64,000 bases of DNA from an uncultured delta proteobacterium. GTDB taxonomy: Bacteria; Desulfobacterota; Binatia; Binatales; Binataceae. The notes beneath the pieces were generated by a model. The model saw only the letters and a list, made by a program, of their open reading frames with translations. It was not told the DNA's origin and did not search any database. Numbering within the stretch: position 1 is the first letter of the stretch; each line of letters opens with the position of its first letter. Below are positions 63,856 to 64,000 of the stretch, in pieces. Location of the stretch: contig CAWCDG010000004.1 of the NCBI GenBank assembly GCA_963794325.1, positions 1,447,302-1,511,301 on the forward strand, in the 5' to 3' direction. The translations under genes were made by a program, and so were the position numbers.

Positions 63856-64000
63856 CTAATGATAGTCGATGTAGTCCAGATCTACGACGTGCCCCTCCTC
63901 GAAACGGAAGATGACCCGCCAATTTCCGGACACCGAAACTGCATAGTGCCCTTTCAAGACTCCTTTCAATGCGTGGAGCCGAAAGCCGGGGACATTCGCA
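63856..64000 (-). CDS. higB: HigB/RelE-type toxin (plasmid maintenance system killer), 5' end outside the window
   Basis: Hand translation of the minus strand gives ..ANVPGFRLHALKGVLKGHYAVSVSGNWRVIFRFEEGHVVDLDYIDYH*, the C-terminal signature of HigB. The stop TAG is at 63858-63856. Confidence 0.8.
   Translation of the reverse strand, partial: ANVPGFRLHALKGVLKGHYAVSVSGNWRVIFRFEEGHVVDLDYIDYH

Overview
High-GC bacterial chromosomal segment. Hand counts of single 60-nt lines give about 60-65% G+C; nothing was computed window-wide. It is gene-dense, with about 50 protein genes and one tRNA-Thr(CGU). I saw no rRNA, CRISPR array, integrase or transposase. Family names come from motif recognition by eye, not from searches.

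Gene content, left to right:
- An operon of a double acetoacetate-decarboxylase-like protein, a small protein and a 753-aa FAD oxidoreductase, with an orphan Flp pilin and a GGPP-type prenyl synthase alongside.
- A tandem-fused HCCA-isomerase/DsbA-like protein.
- A ~9-kb block bracketed by tRNA-Thr and a decayed copy of its 3' half. It holds DUF924, an adenylate-cyclase/ATPase/TPR protein, a GST, a cupredoxin and a winged-helix/ATPase/TPR regulator.
- An F420-type LLM oxidoreductase and an alpha/beta hydrolase.
- A 1286-aa secreted Asp-box (BNR) protein.
- ychF and an amidohydrolase.
- macA-macB followed by two DUF1329-like paralogues.
- cfa, a fatty-acid desaturase and a KirBac channel.
- An esterase, a thioesterase and several secreted or membrane proteins of unknown function.
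- A second cupredoxin with a hydrolase-TPR protein and a di-haem cytochrome c peroxidase.
- PhyH and TIGR03118-like proteins.
- An OMF / YtcA / MdtN-like efflux set with no pump.
- An HMG-CoA-synthase-like/DUF35 fusion plus a thiolase.
- A ~1.9-kb AT-richer islet.
- An acyl-CoA dehydrogenase and higBA.

Most interesting signals:
1. Phased CTGAACT direct repeats between the cupredoxin and the winged-helix regulator. They recur with a 38-nt identical leader at the second cupredoxin locus.
2. The island-like structure flanked by tRNA-Thr repeats.
3. A modular intergenic repeat family with at least 8 copies whose hairpins keep pairing through compensatory changes. One copy pair forms a 246-bp MITE-like inverted structure.
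4. The AT-richer islet, which encodes a secreted tandem-repeat protein and a small papain-like ORF interrupted by an in-frame TGA.
5. MacAB coupled to duplicated DUF1329-like proteins.

Caveat: at least four genes look frameshifted, one has an in-frame stop and one carries an odd C-terminal extension. Assembly indel errors must be excluded before any of these is called a pseudogene.
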